From NCBI GenBank assembly GCA_963924835.1, contig CAWURN010000004.1:1-51766 (forward strand): DNA of 51,766 nucleotides, in the 5' to 3' direction. The notes below the pieces were generated by a model. The model worked only from the letters and a program-made list of their open reading frames with translations. It was not told the origin of the DNA and searched no databases. The stretch is from Candidatus Nanopelagicaceae bacterium (GTDB lineage: Bacteria; Actinomycetota; Actinomycetes; Nanopelagicales; Nanopelagicaceae). Position 1 is the first letter of the stretch; every line of letters begins with the position of its first letter. This document shows positions 28,209 through 38,335 of the stretch, piece by piece. Both the position numbers and the translations under genes were made by a program.

Positions 28209-29728
28209 GCCAACATCTCCATCCCTTCGCGCAGGCGAAATGCGGATTCCACATCTTCGCGGCTTGGAGTTGAATGGCCATTTGCGTCAGCAATACTCCA
28301 AGAAATACGGAGGACCTTATGGAATCCTCGTGCGCTTAAGCGTTCATTATCCAATTCAGTATGTAAGAAATTCATTCCCAATTTTTCGGCGCGATATCTC
28401 TTACGTAATTCACTTGGTGGAATCTGCGAATTTAACTTCCATGGGCTACCGATAAATCTCTCATCTGCTATTGCTCGTGCCGCAATCACGCGTTCGCGCA
28501 CAACAGCACTTGATTCGCCAAGTTCGTCGCTCGCCATTTCAATACGACTAGGTGAATCCACAAATACTCGAATATCAATTCGATCAAGTAATGGGCCGGA
28601 TAAACGTTGCAGGTATCTGCGAATTGCTACTTGCGTGCACGTGCAACTTCGCCCACGTCCGCTGAAACGACCGCAAGGACATGGATTCGCAGCAAGAACT
28701 AACATGAATCTTGCGGGATATGTCACGGATCCGACTGCTCTGGAGATAGTTACATTTCCGGATTCAAGAGGTTGACGAAGTGAATCAAGAACACCTCGTG
28801 CACATTCAGGTGCTTCATCGATGAATAGAACGCCTTGATGTGCAAGTGATGTTGCACCTGGTCGGATTGCATGAGCACCGCCGCCAATCATTGCAGGCGC
28901 AGTTGTTGTGTGATGTGGTGCGACAAATGGTGGCAACTTAGAAAGGAGTTCGCGATCTAATAGTGTCCCTGCTATGGAATGAATTGCAGTAACTTCCAAA
29001 ATTGATTCTTCATTTAGTGGCGGGAGGATTGATGGAATTCGTTCGGCCAACATAGTCTTTCCAGTTCCGGGTGGCCCAATAAATAAAAGATGGTGTCCGC
29101 CAATTGCCGCAACCTCGAGAGCTCTGCGCGCACCTATTTGCCCAGCAACATCACATAAATCCAGGAAATAGTCGGAACCAGATTCGGTGATAGCTTCTGG
29201 GGAATCTGGAACTTCCCCACTTCGTAAATAATTTAGAGCATCACGAAGTGAAGTTATTGCGATGACATCGATTCCAGAAACGCATTTGGCTTCCGCATAA
29301 TTTTTAAATGGCACTAGCGCTTTTGTGAAACCGTATTTCTTTGCTGCGAGAACTGCAGGTAACACACCTCGGACACTGCGCACTTGCCCATCTAAAGCCA
29401 GTTCACCTAAGTAAATGGTGGTGCCAGGTTCATCTTTAGGAATTAATCCCTGTGCCATTAACAAAGTTAAAGCAATTGGAAGATCGAATGCAGATCCGCT
29501 CTTTGGTAACCAGGCCGGCGATAGCGAAACCGTGACTTTTTTATTTGGCCACACTTCCCCACTATTGACTAGCGCTGCTCGAACCCGATCCTTAGATTCA
29601 TTTAGTGCGGCATCAGGTAGACCGAGCAAAATGTAACCTGGAAGGCCATCAGAGATATCTACTTCGACATCAATCAGATTCCCGATTAATCCTGTCAGCG
29701 ATACTGTGGAAGTTAGTGCCAGTGCCAT
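28205..29728 (-). CDS. comM: YifB/ComM Mg-chelatase-like AAA+ ATPase
   Basis: GLPD, GPPGTGKT, PHHT, LAHQGVLFIDE, ANPCPCG and SGPLLDRID motifs. Confidence 0.92.
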   Translation of the reverse strand: MALALTSTVSLTGLIGNLIDVEVDISDGLPGYILLGLPDAALNESKDRVRAALVNSGEVWPNKKVTVSLSPAWLPKSGSAFDLPIALTLLMAQGLIPKDEPGTTIYLGELALDGQVRSVRGVLPAVLAAKKYGFTKALVPFKNYAEAKCVSGIDVIAITSLRDALNYLRSGEVPDSPEAITESGSDYFLDLCDVAGQIGARRALEVAAIGGHHLLFIGPPGTGKTMLAERIPSILPPLNEESILEVTAIHSIAGTLLDRELLSKLPPFVAPHHTTTAPAMIGGGAHAIRPGATSLAHQGVLFIDEAPECARGVLDSLRQPLESGNVTISRAVGSVTYPARFMLVLAANPCPCGRFSGRGRSCTCTQVAIRRYLQRLSGPLLDRIDIRVFVDSPSRIEMASDELGESSAVVRERVIAARAIADERFIGSPWKLNSQIPPSELRKRYRAEKLGMNFLHTELDNERLSARGFHKVLRISWSIADANGHSTPSREDVESAFRLREGMEMLA

Positions 29729-30087
29729 TAAAGAACTGCTATTCGATAGTCAATTTCAAACTTCTCGCCTTTAGAAATTAAAACTGCTGCGGCATCTATT
29801 CGATATTCAAAGCCCCATCTGTGGTGAACTGTTAACCAAGCCAATGCCAGTTTTTGTAAGCGATATGCCTTATCCCGAGTAATCGCTTCGAGTGGATGTC
29901 CGAAAGCAATACTGGTGCGAGTCTTAACTTCAATAAATACAACGATCCCATGCTCTGACATTGCTACCAGATCGATTTCACCTTCTCGAATTCGCCAATT
30001 GCGGTCCAGAATTTCATAATTCTTTCCAACTAAATATTTAGCTACAAAATCTTCACCAAGTGCACCAATTAATTGTTTTGTTCCCAT
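29728..30087 (-). CDS. yraN: YraN family endonuclease
   Basis: GALGE, RNWR, GEIDLVA, FIEVKTR and RID motifs. Confidence 0.92.
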   Translation of the reverse strand: MGTKQLIGALGEDFVAKYLVGKNYEILDRNWRIREGEIDLVAMSEHGIVVFIEVKTRTSIAFGHPLEAITRDKAYRLQKLALAWLTVHHRWGFEYRIDAAAVLISKGEKFEIDYRIAVL

Positions 30088-30150
30088 AGTTGGGTGAGGC
30101 TAAAGCAATAGCAAACAACAGTTAAAACATTCTGGCTTACTTGTGGGGAA

Positions 30151-30771
30151 CTAAGACCTGTTCATAAGCGCTGCAATATTCGCAAATGACTTGCGGTGGA
30201 TTTCACTAACTCCTAATTCGCCCAAGGCTTTGGTGTGGGCGGCGGTTATGTAGCCCTTGTGTTTGGCAAAGCCATACCCAGGATACTTCGCATCCAACTT
30301 AATCATCACGCGATCGCGATAAACCTTAGCCAGGATCGATGCTGCGCTAATTGATATCGCAACTTGATCGCCTTTCCAAACCGCAAGGTTTGGTATTGCT
30401 AAACCCTCGATTGGATATCCATCGGTTAAGACATAATCTGGGGCTATATCCAGCGAGTTAATCGCCCGGCGCATTCCTTCAAGATTTGATTTATGAAGTC
30501 CAAATTTATCAATCTCTTCAACTGAAATATCAATGATTGAATAACTAAGGGCTTGTTCGATTACGACGTCAAAGAGTTCTTCTCGCACTTTTTCTGAAAG
30601 TTCCTTGGAATCTCGAACCTTTGAAAGTTCTTTTGCAAATGGATCTTTAAGTACTACCGCTGCTATAACTAGCGGTCCGGCACAAGGTCCACGACCCGCC
30701 TCATCAACGCCAGCAATCTGCTTTATTCCAGATGCAATTAGCGTCGATTCAATCTTTCCAATATGTTCCAT
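30151..30771 (-). CDS. rnhB: Ribonuclease HII
   Basis: GVDEAGRG, DSK, KGD, AASILAKV.RD and HKGY motifs. Confidence 0.95.
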   Translation of the reverse strand: MEHIGKIESTLIASGIKQIAGVDEAGRGPCAGPLVIAAVVLKDPFAKELSKVRDSKELSEKVREELFDVVIEQALSYSIIDISVEEIDKFGLHKSNLEGMRRAINSLDIAPDYVLTDGYPIEGLAIPNLAVWKGDQVAISISAASILAKVYRDRVMIKLDAKYPGYGFAKHKGYITAAHTKALGELGVSEIHRKSFANIAALMNRS

Positions 30772-31454
30772 TACTTTGAATTGTTAATTACAACCTTAGA
30801 TAAATCGCTTCCAACACTTAAGAACTTAACATGGTTGAATGGCCAAACAACAAAAGTAGCGCGACCAACTACCGAAGAAATTGGAACCATACCTTTATGG
30901 ACGTCATCGGTGTGAAATCTTGAATCCGCACTTGCGCCACGGTGATCGCCCATTACCCAGATGAAACCCTTTGGAATGGTAACTTTGAAATCGGTATCAC
31001 TCGGCTTATCTCCGGTGTAAATATAAGGTTCGGAAACTGAAATGCCGTTGACAGTTAGGAAGCCCTTTTTGTCACAACAAGTAACAGTGTCCCCGCCCAC
31101 GCCAATTACGCGCTTAATCAAATATTGTTTTGCTGGATCCGGCAGCACTCCAACAGTTACTAATCCACTCTTAATTGTTTGAATAACTTTTGGATCTGAA
31201 CTTGGAGAAGGTGAACCCAACCATCCAGCAGGATCTCTAAACACGACAACTTCACCACGCTTGATTTCGCTGAAATAGCTTGCGAGTTTATTAACGGCAA
31301 TGCGATCCCCAACTTGAAGGGTGTTCTCCATCGAACCGGATGGAATGAAAAAGAAGTGAATAAAGAATGTTTTTACGATAATTGAGACGACGAGAGCAGA
31401 GACAATAATTATTGGAAGTTCACGAAGTAGTGAACCCTTCTTAGGCGCGCGCAT
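30771..31454 (-). CDS. lepB: Signal peptidase I
   Basis: IPSGSMENTL, LIKRVIG and MGDHR..SADSR motifs. Confidence 0.94.
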   Translation of the reverse strand: MRAPKKGSLLRELPIIIVSALVVSIIVKTFFIHFFFIPSGSMENTLQVGDRIAVNKLASYFSEIKRGEVVVFRDPAGWLGSPSPSSDPKVIQTIKSGLVTVGVLPDPAKQYLIKRVIGVGGDTVTCCDKKGFLTVNGISVSEPYIYTGDKPSDTDFKVTIPKGFIWVMGDHRGASADSRFHTDDVHKGMVPISSVVGRATFVVWPFNHVKFLSVGSDLSKVVINNSK

Positions 31455-31480
31455 TTAAATTAAACGCACTTAGAAAGTAA

Positions 31481-32032
31481 TTACGCTTCTGGAGTAGTTT
31501 CAACATCAGCTGCAGGAGTTTCGACAACTTCTGCTACTGGTGCTTCTACAACTTCAACAGTTTCTACAACCTCTACTGCCGGCGCTTCAAGTACTTCTGC
31601 AGTTTCTACAACTGCTGCCGCCGCTACGGCTGCGACTGCTGCAACTGGGGCTGCTGCCATTACCTCTTCAACAATAAACTCGCCGCCAACTCCACGACGC
31701 TCTTTAATCTTTGAAGCCTTACCGCGAAGTTCGCGTAGGTAATAAAGCTTGGCGCGACGAACATCTCCGCGACGAACCATTTCGTATTTTTCAATTACAG
31801 GTGTGTGAACTGGGAATGTTCGCTCAACACCGACGCCGTAAGAAAGCTTGCGGATTGTGAAAGTTTCACGAACTCCTGCGCCTTGACGACGAATAACTAA
31901 TCCTTGGAAAACCTGGATACGGCTCTTGCTACCTTCGATAACACGAACGTGAATCTTGATCTCGTCTCCGGAACGGAAGGTTGGGACATCGGAGCGAAGT
32001 GATGCGGCATCTACCGCGTCTAACACGTTCAT
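31481..32032 (-). CDS. rplS: 50S ribosomal protein L19 with an acidic C-terminal extension
   Basis: [16 protein letters not shown] and [12 protein letters not shown] motifs; SD AAAGGA. Confidence 0.96.
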   Translation of the reverse strand: MNVLDAVDAASLRSDVPTFRSGDEIKIHVRVIEGSKSRIQVFQGLVIRRQGAGVRETFTIRKLSYGVGVERTFPVHTPVIEKYEMVRRGDVRRAKLYYLRELRGKASKIKERRGVGGEFIVEEVMAAAPVAAVAAVAAAAVVETAEVLEAPAVEVVETVEVVEAPVAEVVETPAADVETTPEA

Positions 32033-32104
32033 GGCATTTCCTTTTCTTTAGGACAGAAGTCGTATCTTGCCACAGTCACCCTTATCCGACCAATTCGTGC
32101 CTGA

Positions 32105-32878
32105 TCACCCAATCTCAGAGACGAGCCTTGCGTGAAGATATGGCCCTGCTGCGATGACCATCTCCTTGCCCGCTGGCCCACCATTTCGACCAGTAACCAG
32201 GGCCCCGGCTTCAGTTGCAATTAATCCCCCAGCAGCCAGATCCCATTCATTCAAACCCTTTTCGTAAAAGGCATCTAGTCGACCAGTTGCTACTAAACAT
32301 AAATCTGCAGCGCCAGCGCCAATACGACGTAGGTCGCGAATCTCTAGTAAAAGTTTTGAAACTAAATTTGCTTGTGCTTCGCGATCTGCAACATCATATG
32401 AAAATCCAGTTCCAATCAAGGCTCGATTAAATTCAACCGGGTCATTGCATTTTATTTTCTTGCCATTGCATGTTGCTCCACCACCATTTGTTGCAGCCCA
32501 AAGTGAATTTATTGAAGGCGCATAAACAACACCAACTTGAACGCCCTCACTATCTTTAGCTGCAATGCTGACGTTCCATCCAGCAATTCCGTAGAAATAA
32601 TTAACGGTGCCATCAAGTGGATCAATTACCCAGGTAATTCCAGATTTTGATGGGATGGATGAACCTTCTTCACCAATGATTCCATCATCTGGGCGGGCTT
32701 CTAGAATTTTGGAAACAATCAGCTTTTCACTCGCGGTATCCATCTGGGTTGCGAAATCAATTGCAGTTGACTTAGTTTCGAGATCGAATACATCTGGCCT
32801 GGCCATTAATAACTCGCCTGCTGATTTAGCAATCCCGATTGCTAGTTCTAGGATTTCGCCTTTGATTTCGCTCTTCAT
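32105..32878 (-). CDS. suhB: Inositol monophosphatase family protein
   Basis: GEE, WVIDPLDGTVNY, RRIGA and WDLAAG motifs; likely start MKSEIK at 32878. Confidence 0.88.
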   Translation of the reverse strand: MKSEIKGEILELAIGIAKSAGELLMARPDVFDLETKSTAIDFATQMDTASEKLIVSKILEARPDDGIIGEEGSSIPSKSGITWVIDPLDGTVNYFYGIAGWNVSIAAKDSEGVQVGVVYAPSINSLWAATNGGGATCNGKKIKCNDPVEFNRALIGTGFSYDVADREAQANLVSKLLLEIRDLRRIGAGAADLCLVATGRLDAFYEKGLNEWDLAAGGLIATEAGALVTGRNGGPAGKEMVIAAGPYLHARLVSEIG

Positions 32879-32940
32879 TGGAGAATTTAACCACTCGTCG
32901 CTACCCACTTTTTCTCACCCCCTGTGGCAGAGTTACACCC

Positions 32941-33807
32941 GTGAGCGATGACATAACAGATAAGCCAGCCAAGCTTAAACTCGTAGGCAGGGCCGCAGAC
33001 GGCTCAGCAATCGAGATGACTGACAGCTCTGGTGCAAAATTTTCACTACCAATAACTGAAACTCTCAAAACTACTCTGACACAACCAAGGTTAGTTTCGG
33101 TTGCGCCAATTGATGAACGCCCAACTTTTAGTGTTAAAGAAGTTCAATCTCGACTTCGTGCTGGCGAGAGCATGGGATCAATTTCTAGAACGACTGATTG
33201 GTCAATTGAGAAGATTGAAAAATTTGCTGGGCCAATTTTGCAAGAGCGGGCATATGTAATTGAAACTGCCCTTAAATCTTTTCTGCGACGCGAATCTTCT
33301 TCACCAACCTTGGATGAAGCAACGTTCGTTCAACTCTCAAATCATGGTGTTGACATGGATGCTGTCGAGTGGAATACCCATCGCAACATTGATGGAAGTT
33401 GGAACGTAGTTGTCCAGTATCCAAATATTGATGGAACAGCCGAAGCTAACTGGAACTTTGAATTAGGTAATCGAATTCTGACCGCCCAAGATGATTCCGC
33501 AAGATGGATTGCTGGCGATGCTAAAGAATCTCGACCAAAAACTGCGACTCATGGCTTTATTAATTCGCAGGACCCAACTCCTTTTGCTCCAACAACTCCA
33601 CCACCACCAGCACCAAGGTTGGTTGCGGTTCGCGAAGAAGTTTCAGTTACCGAAATTATTACAGAGGATGAAGAGTATTTCGCCGAAGAATTAGATATTG
33701 ACGTTGTTGACGAATCAGATCCAGTTAAAGATGGTGTCTCATCTCGTCCAAAGCTTCCTTCTTGGGATGACATTATGTTCGGTGGCTCAAAGACCGAGGA
33801 TGAATAA
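32941..33807 (+). CDS. sepH: Septation regulator SepH (DUF3071)
   Basis: VKEVQSRLRAGES...IEKFAGPILQER HTH region, acidic linker and C-terminal LPSWDDIMFG; likely GTG start at 32941. Confidence 0.85.
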   Translation: MSDDITDKPAKLKLVGRAADGSAIEMTDSSGAKFSLPITETLKTTLTQPRLVSVAPIDERPTFSVKEVQSRLRAGESMGSISRTTDWSIEKIEKFAGPILQERAYVIETALKSFLRRESSSPTLDEATFVQLSNHGVDMDAVEWNTHRNIDGSWNVVVQYPNIDGTAEANWNFELGNRILTAQDDSARWIAGDAKESRPKTATHGFINSQDPTPFAPTTPPPPAPRLVAVREEVSVTEIITEDEEYFAEELDIDVVDESDPVKDGVSSRPKLPSWDDIMFGGSKTEDE

Positions 33808-33810
33808 CAC

Positions 33811-34914
33811 TTAATTTTGATGTGTAAGTAACGGAATCGCTACTTCTATCGCTTCAAGTCCGCCGTGGTGGCCAACCATCTTGCTCTCTTCTTTAATGCG
33901 GGTTGGGTCAATCAAAATCATTTCACCCTTCGCAATTGCTATTAGATCGCCCATGCGTTCGCTGCTATCAATTGAAATATCTGGTCCGAAGAGTTCTGCA
34001 GCAATTACTTCATCGCGGCTAAACACATCGGCCTTATTCCCTAGAAATTCCCGCCAGCTGGCTACGGTTTCTGCTATTGCGCCTTCGCGAACATAAATAT
34101 GTCGGGCTCTCGGTTCACCACCAAGCAGAGTTACATTTGCCATTAAATTATTTTCTTGCCCAAGTATTAATTTCTCGCCCACATTAATCATTCCGTGATC
34201 TGCAGTAACCCAGAGCCTGGTTCCCTTTGGCAATCGATCGCGCAATCCAGTTATCAATTCAGAAACAGTTGAAAGTGCAAGTAGCCATTTCTCTGAACCA
34301 ACCCCATCATCGTGTCCTGTAGAATCTAAATGATTTATATAAACGTAAGAAAATGACGGCGAAGGTTTCATTGCTTCAACCGTATTCACAATAATGTCTT
34401 CGATTTGATTGGCGCCCAAGTACTGCGCGCCCCGAAGCGCTGCTTGAGTAAAGCCAGATCCTTCATATCGCTTTGCAGCAATATGTGAAACCGAAATACC
34501 TTGGGCGGCAGCGCGTTCAAAGAGTGTTGGAACGTTCTGCCAAATAACTGGGTCAACTCGTTCATCCCATTTAAGAGAATTTAACAAGCGGCCAGGTTCA
34601 CCACTTCTTGGAACTCGAACGGTGTAACCCAACATTCCATGGACTCCAGGAAGTGTTCCGGTTCCGAGTGATGAGAGATTTGTTGCTGTTGTTGATGGAA
34701 AGTGCGAATCTAGGTTATCGAATGAAATTAATTCTTTGAATATTGGGAACTGGCTTCCGTATTTACTAATTAATTCAGCGCCCATTCCATCAATTAGAAG
34801 CAGACATTCACGGGCTCCTGAATTCTCTGGAATCCCAAGTTCGTTTACTGCTCCTGAAACCTGAAGGGAAGAGAATATGGAATTCGATAGCGCCGCTAAA
34901 TTCCGAGGATTCAT
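33811..34914 (-). CDS. Alkaline phosphatase superfamily / nucleotide pyrophosphatase-phosphodiesterase
   Basis: LLIDGMG, FPSTT, LDSTGH, TADHG and GHHGG motifs; likely start MNPRN at 34914. Confidence 0.85.
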   Translation of the reverse strand: MNPRNLAALSNSIFSSLQVSGAVNELGIPENSGARECLLLIDGMGAELISKYGSQFPIFKELISFDNLDSHFPSTTATNLSSLGTGTLPGVHGMLGYTVRVPRSGEPGRLLNSLKWDERVDPVIWQNVPTLFERAAAQGISVSHIAAKRYEGSGFTQAALRGAQYLGANQIEDIIVNTVEAMKPSPSFSYVYINHLDSTGHDDGVGSEKWLLALSTVSELITGLRDRLPKGTRLWVTADHGMINVGEKLILGQENNLMANVTLLGGEPRARHIYVREGAIAETVASWREFLGNKADVFSRDEVIAAELFGPDISIDSSERMGDLIAIAKGEMILIDPTRIKEESKMVGHHGGLEAIEVAIPLLTHQN

Positions 34915-34974
34915 AGTCGTATCTTGCCCTAACTTATTTAGCCACAACACAATTGCCTGATGTAATGTGCGCAC

Positions 34975-35859
34975 GTGATTAGGTATTCGAAGGAAGTTTC
35001 CGCCGCCAAGAGTCAAGGCCGCCCAATCGTTGCGCTCGAATCCACAATTATTTCGCATGGTCTGCCCCGTCCAATAAATCTAGATGTTGCAAGAGAAGTC
35101 GAAGAAATCGTTCGTAGTGAAGGTGCGGTTCCTGCAACAATTGCAATTATTGATGGTGAGATTTTTGTTGGCCTAGAAGAAGATCAGTTAATCCGAATTG
35201 CGAATGATGACAATATTGTTAAAGCTTCGACCCGCGACCTCGCAATTATTTGTGCTGATGGGAAGAGTGCGGCTACAACGGTTGCAGCTACATCACATAT
35301 TGCAAACCTTGCGGATATCGATGTCTTTGCTACAGGTGGATTAGGTGGAGTTCACCGCGGTCATGTTTACGACGAATCTGCTGATCTAACTGAGTTAGCC
35401 CAGACCAATTTAATTATTGTTTGCGCAGGCGTTAAATCAATCTTGGATGTGGCAGGAACTTTAGAAAGACTGGAAACTTTGGCCATCCCGGTGCTTGGCT
35501 TTAAAACAAATAAATTCCCTGGCTTTTATTTAACTGATTCTGGATTCAAGATCGAACATCGAGTTGAAAGTGTGCAAGAAATTGCAAAAATTTGGGGGCT
35601 TCGCCACGGCTTGAATACCGATGACACCGCAATAATTGTTGCAAACCCAGTTATAAATCAGATGGATAAGGCATTCCATGATGAAATTTTAGAGGCTGGA
35701 TTTTCTGCGGCGACCGCCAAGGCGATATCTGGAAAAGGCGTGACGCCATTCCTTCTTGAACATTTTCATAAGACAAGTAAAGGCGAATCCTTACGAGTTA
35801 ACATTGAAATCATTAAGTCGAATTCAAAGTTGGCGGCCCAAATCGCCTGCGCACTTTAG
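34975..35859 (+). CDS. psuG: Pseudouridine-5'-phosphate glycosidase
   Basis: VALESTIISHGLP, PATIA, ATGGLGGVHRG, SADL, GVKSILD and TPFLL motifs. Confidence 0.93.
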   Translation: MIRYSKEVSAAKSQGRPIVALESTIISHGLPRPINLDVAREVEEIVRSEGAVPATIAIIDGEIFVGLEEDQLIRIANDDNIVKASTRDLAIICADGKSAATTVAATSHIANLADIDVFATGGLGGVHRGHVYDESADLTELAQTNLIIVCAGVKSILDVAGTLERLETLAIPVLGFKTNKFPGFYLTDSGFKIEHRVESVQEIAKIWGLRHGLNTDDTAIIVANPVINQMDKAFHDEILEAGFSAATAKAISGKGVTPFLLEHFHKTSKGESLRVNIEIIKSNSKLAAQIACAL

Positions 35860-35873
35860 AAAAGTGATATCTC

Positions 35874-36761
35874 ATGGCTGATCTGAAAATTTTATGTATC
35901 GGCGACATTATGTTGGATGTAACCGTTCTTCTTAATCGACCAATAGTTGAGGGCCTAGAAACCCGAGCAAAGATTTCAACGCAAGGTGGCGGCGCAGCGG
36001 CGAACGTGGCTTCTTGGCTCTCCCACATTAAAACTCCGGCATATCTGGTCACTCGAGTCGGAGCGGATTCAGCGGGACAGACGCTGCTTGCAGAGTTAAA
36101 TTCTTATGGCGTTGAACATTCAAATACCGTAATTCCAAATATGAATACGGGCATAGTTATCGTAATTGTCGGCGCTGATGGCGAACGAACAATGTTTCCA
36201 GATTCCGGGGCAAACGCAGGTCTTGGGTTAAGCGATCTTCCAGATCTTGCACAATTTAGTGCAGTTTATCTCTCAGCGTATTCGCTAATTAACCAGCATT
36301 CTCGTGCCGGAATCCTAGAAATAATCTCGAAAGTAAAGAGCGCAAATCTGCCAATTATTTTAGATCCAGCAACTGTCGGTGTATTGATGGAAGTTGGAGT
36401 TGCCACCGCGAATAGTTGGCTTGAATTCGTTGATTGCATTATTTTAAATGAAGAAGAATCTCATTTCTTAACTGGGAAAAAGAATCCAGTTGATGCTGCT
36501 AGTGAATTACTTACAAGCGTAAACACTGTTGTAATTAAACGTGGATCAAATGGTGCACTCGGACAAACCCGAGGTGGTCAATTAATTCAAGTTGAAGCAA
36601 TGAAGACGACTGTAGTGAATACGACAGGAGCTGGAGATGCCTTCGCTGCCGGATTTATTTCGATCTGGGTCAAGAACGGTGAGCTCATTGAAGCCTTGGA
36701 ATCTGGAATCGATCTTGCAGCCAAATGTGTTGCACTAGTTGGCGCTAGACCTCTAATTTAA
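35874..36761 (+). CDS. PfkB-family kinase, probable pseudouridine kinase
   Basis: GGAAAN, NEEE and NTTGAGDAFAAG motifs; co-oriented directly after psuG. Confidence 0.8.
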   Translation: MADLKILCIGDIMLDVTVLLNRPIVEGLETRAKISTQGGGAAANVASWLSHIKTPAYLVTRVGADSAGQTLLAELNSYGVEHSNTVIPNMNTGIVIVIVGADGERTMFPDSGANAGLGLSDLPDLAQFSAVYLSAYSLINQHSRAGILEIISKVKSANLPIILDPATVGVLMEVGVATANSWLEFVDCIILNEEESHFLTGKKNPVDAASELLTSVNTVVIKRGSNGALGQTRGGQLIQVEAMKTTVVNTTGAGDAFAAGFISIWVKNGELIEALESGIDLAAKCVALVGARPLI

Positions 36762-36829
36762 ATTTATTTAAATTTGCTGAACCGAGTCGCTACCGAGTAA
36801 TTAGATAGTTCATTGGCAAGATACGCCCC

Positions 36830-38326
36830 ATGGCAAAAACACCAAAAGCCGTTCTCCCAAAACCAGGTGAGAACCCAGGCCGAATAATTGATATTGATGT
36901 CTCGCAAGAGATGTCAGAATCATTTCTCGAATATGCATATTCTGTAATTTATTCGCGCGCACTTCCAGATGCACGCGATGGTTTGAAACCAGTGCAACGT
37001 CGCATCCTGCACCAGATGTCAGATATGGGACTTCGCCCAGATAAGGGTCACGTTAAATGCGCACGCGCTGTTGGTGAAGTAATGGGTAAGTTGCATCCGC
37101 ACGGAGATGGTGCAATTTATGATGCCATGGTTCGTATGGCGCAAAGTTTCTCAATGCGACTTCCACTAATCGATGGCCATGGAAACTTTGGTTCGCTAGA
37201 TTCTGGCCCAGCTGCAATGCGTTATACCGAATCACGTCTCGCACCGGCCGCAATGGCAATGGTTAATGAATCAGATGAAAACACTGTTGATTTTGGATCG
37301 AACTACGATGGTCAATTACTAGAACCACAAGTTCTCCCCGCTGCATTTCCCAACCTTCTGGTAAATGGCGCTACAGGTATTGCAGTTGGTATGGCGACAA
37401 ATATGGCGCCCCACAACTTAGGCGAAGTTATCGCTGCTACTAAGCATTTGATTGAAAACCCAAAGGCGACTCTTAAAGCGCTTATGAAGTTTGTCCCTGC
37501 TCCTGACTTTCCAACTGGTGGCGAGATTGTTGGCAAAGAAGGTATCGCTGAAGCCTACGAATCTGGCCGCGGATCTTTCAAGGTTCGCGCGACTGTTGCG
37601 GTCGAGAAAGTAACAGCCAGAAAACAAGGCCTCGTTATAACCGAACTGCCTTACAACATTGGTCCAGAGAAAATTGTTGAGAAGATTGCTGACTTGGTTA
37701 AGGCCAAGAAGATTCAAGGCATTTCGGACATCGTTGATTTATCTGATGGCCAACAAGGAACCAAGGTTGTTGTTGAACTTAAGAATGGTTTTGAGCCAGA
37801 AGATGTCCTTGCAAACCTCTTTAAATTAACTCCGATGGAAGATCAATTCTCCGTAAACGCTGTTGCACTAGTTGGCGGAAAGCCACTAACCCTAGGTCTG
37901 AAAGAGCTTCTGCAAGTATTTATTGATCACCGCATCGAAGTAATTCGCCGCAGATCTGAATTCCGCAAAGCAAAAGCCGAGAGCCGTTTGAACTTAGTTG
38001 ATGGACTTCTAAAAGCAATCATCGATATCGACAAGGTAATCAAATTGATTCGTGCTGCCGAAGATGCGCCAGAGGCAAAGGCTGCACTTATCAAGGCCTA
38101 CAAACTCTCTGACGAACAAGCCACTTACATCTTGGATATGCCACTTCGTCGCCTAACCAAGTTGAGCAAGTTAGAACTTGAAACAGAGCAGAAGGACCTT
38201 AAAGCGATAGTCACGAAATTGAAGGCGCTACTTGCTTCGGAAGATGCGATTAAAGCCCAAGTCTCAGTTGAACTTGATGAGGTCTCAAAGAACTTTGCAA
38301 CACCACGCCGCACACGCATCGCTTAA
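36830..38326 (+). CDS. parC: Type IIA topoisomerase subunit A (topo IV ParC-like), lacking the CTD
   Basis: [29 protein letters not shown] (catalytic Tyr), GIAVGMAT and PDFPTGG; ends at PRRTRIA. Confidence 0.85.
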   Translation: MAKTPKAVLPKPGENPGRIIDIDVSQEMSESFLEYAYSVIYSRALPDARDGLKPVQRRILHQMSDMGLRPDKGHVKCARAVGEVMGKLHPHGDGAIYDAMVRMAQSFSMRLPLIDGHGNFGSLDSGPAAMRYTESRLAPAAMAMVNESDENTVDFGSNYDGQLLEPQVLPAAFPNLLVNGATGIAVGMATNMAPHNLGEVIAATKHLIENPKATLKALMKFVPAPDFPTGGEIVGKEGIAEAYESGRGSFKVRATVAVEKVTARKQGLVITELPYNIGPEKIVEKIADLVKAKKIQGISDIVDLSDGQQGTKVVVELKNGFEPEDVLANLFKLTPMEDQFSVNAVALVGGKPLTLGLKELLQVFIDHRIEVIRRRSEFRKAKAESRLNLVDGLLKAIIDIDKVIKLIRAAEDAPEAKAALIKAYKLSDEQATYILDMPLRRLTKLSKLELETEQKDLKAIVTKLKALLASEDAIKAQVSVELDEVSKNFATPRRTRIA

Positions 38327-38335
38327 ACTTCAGTA

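Noticed and set aside
32029-32220. 63-aa ORF and a possible L19 leader RNA (GACTGTGGC) upstream of rplS
   Set aside because: The ORF overlaps suhB out of frame. TGTGGCAAGATACG matches the extended -10 seen before parC and the phosphodiesterase, so a promoter explains it better.
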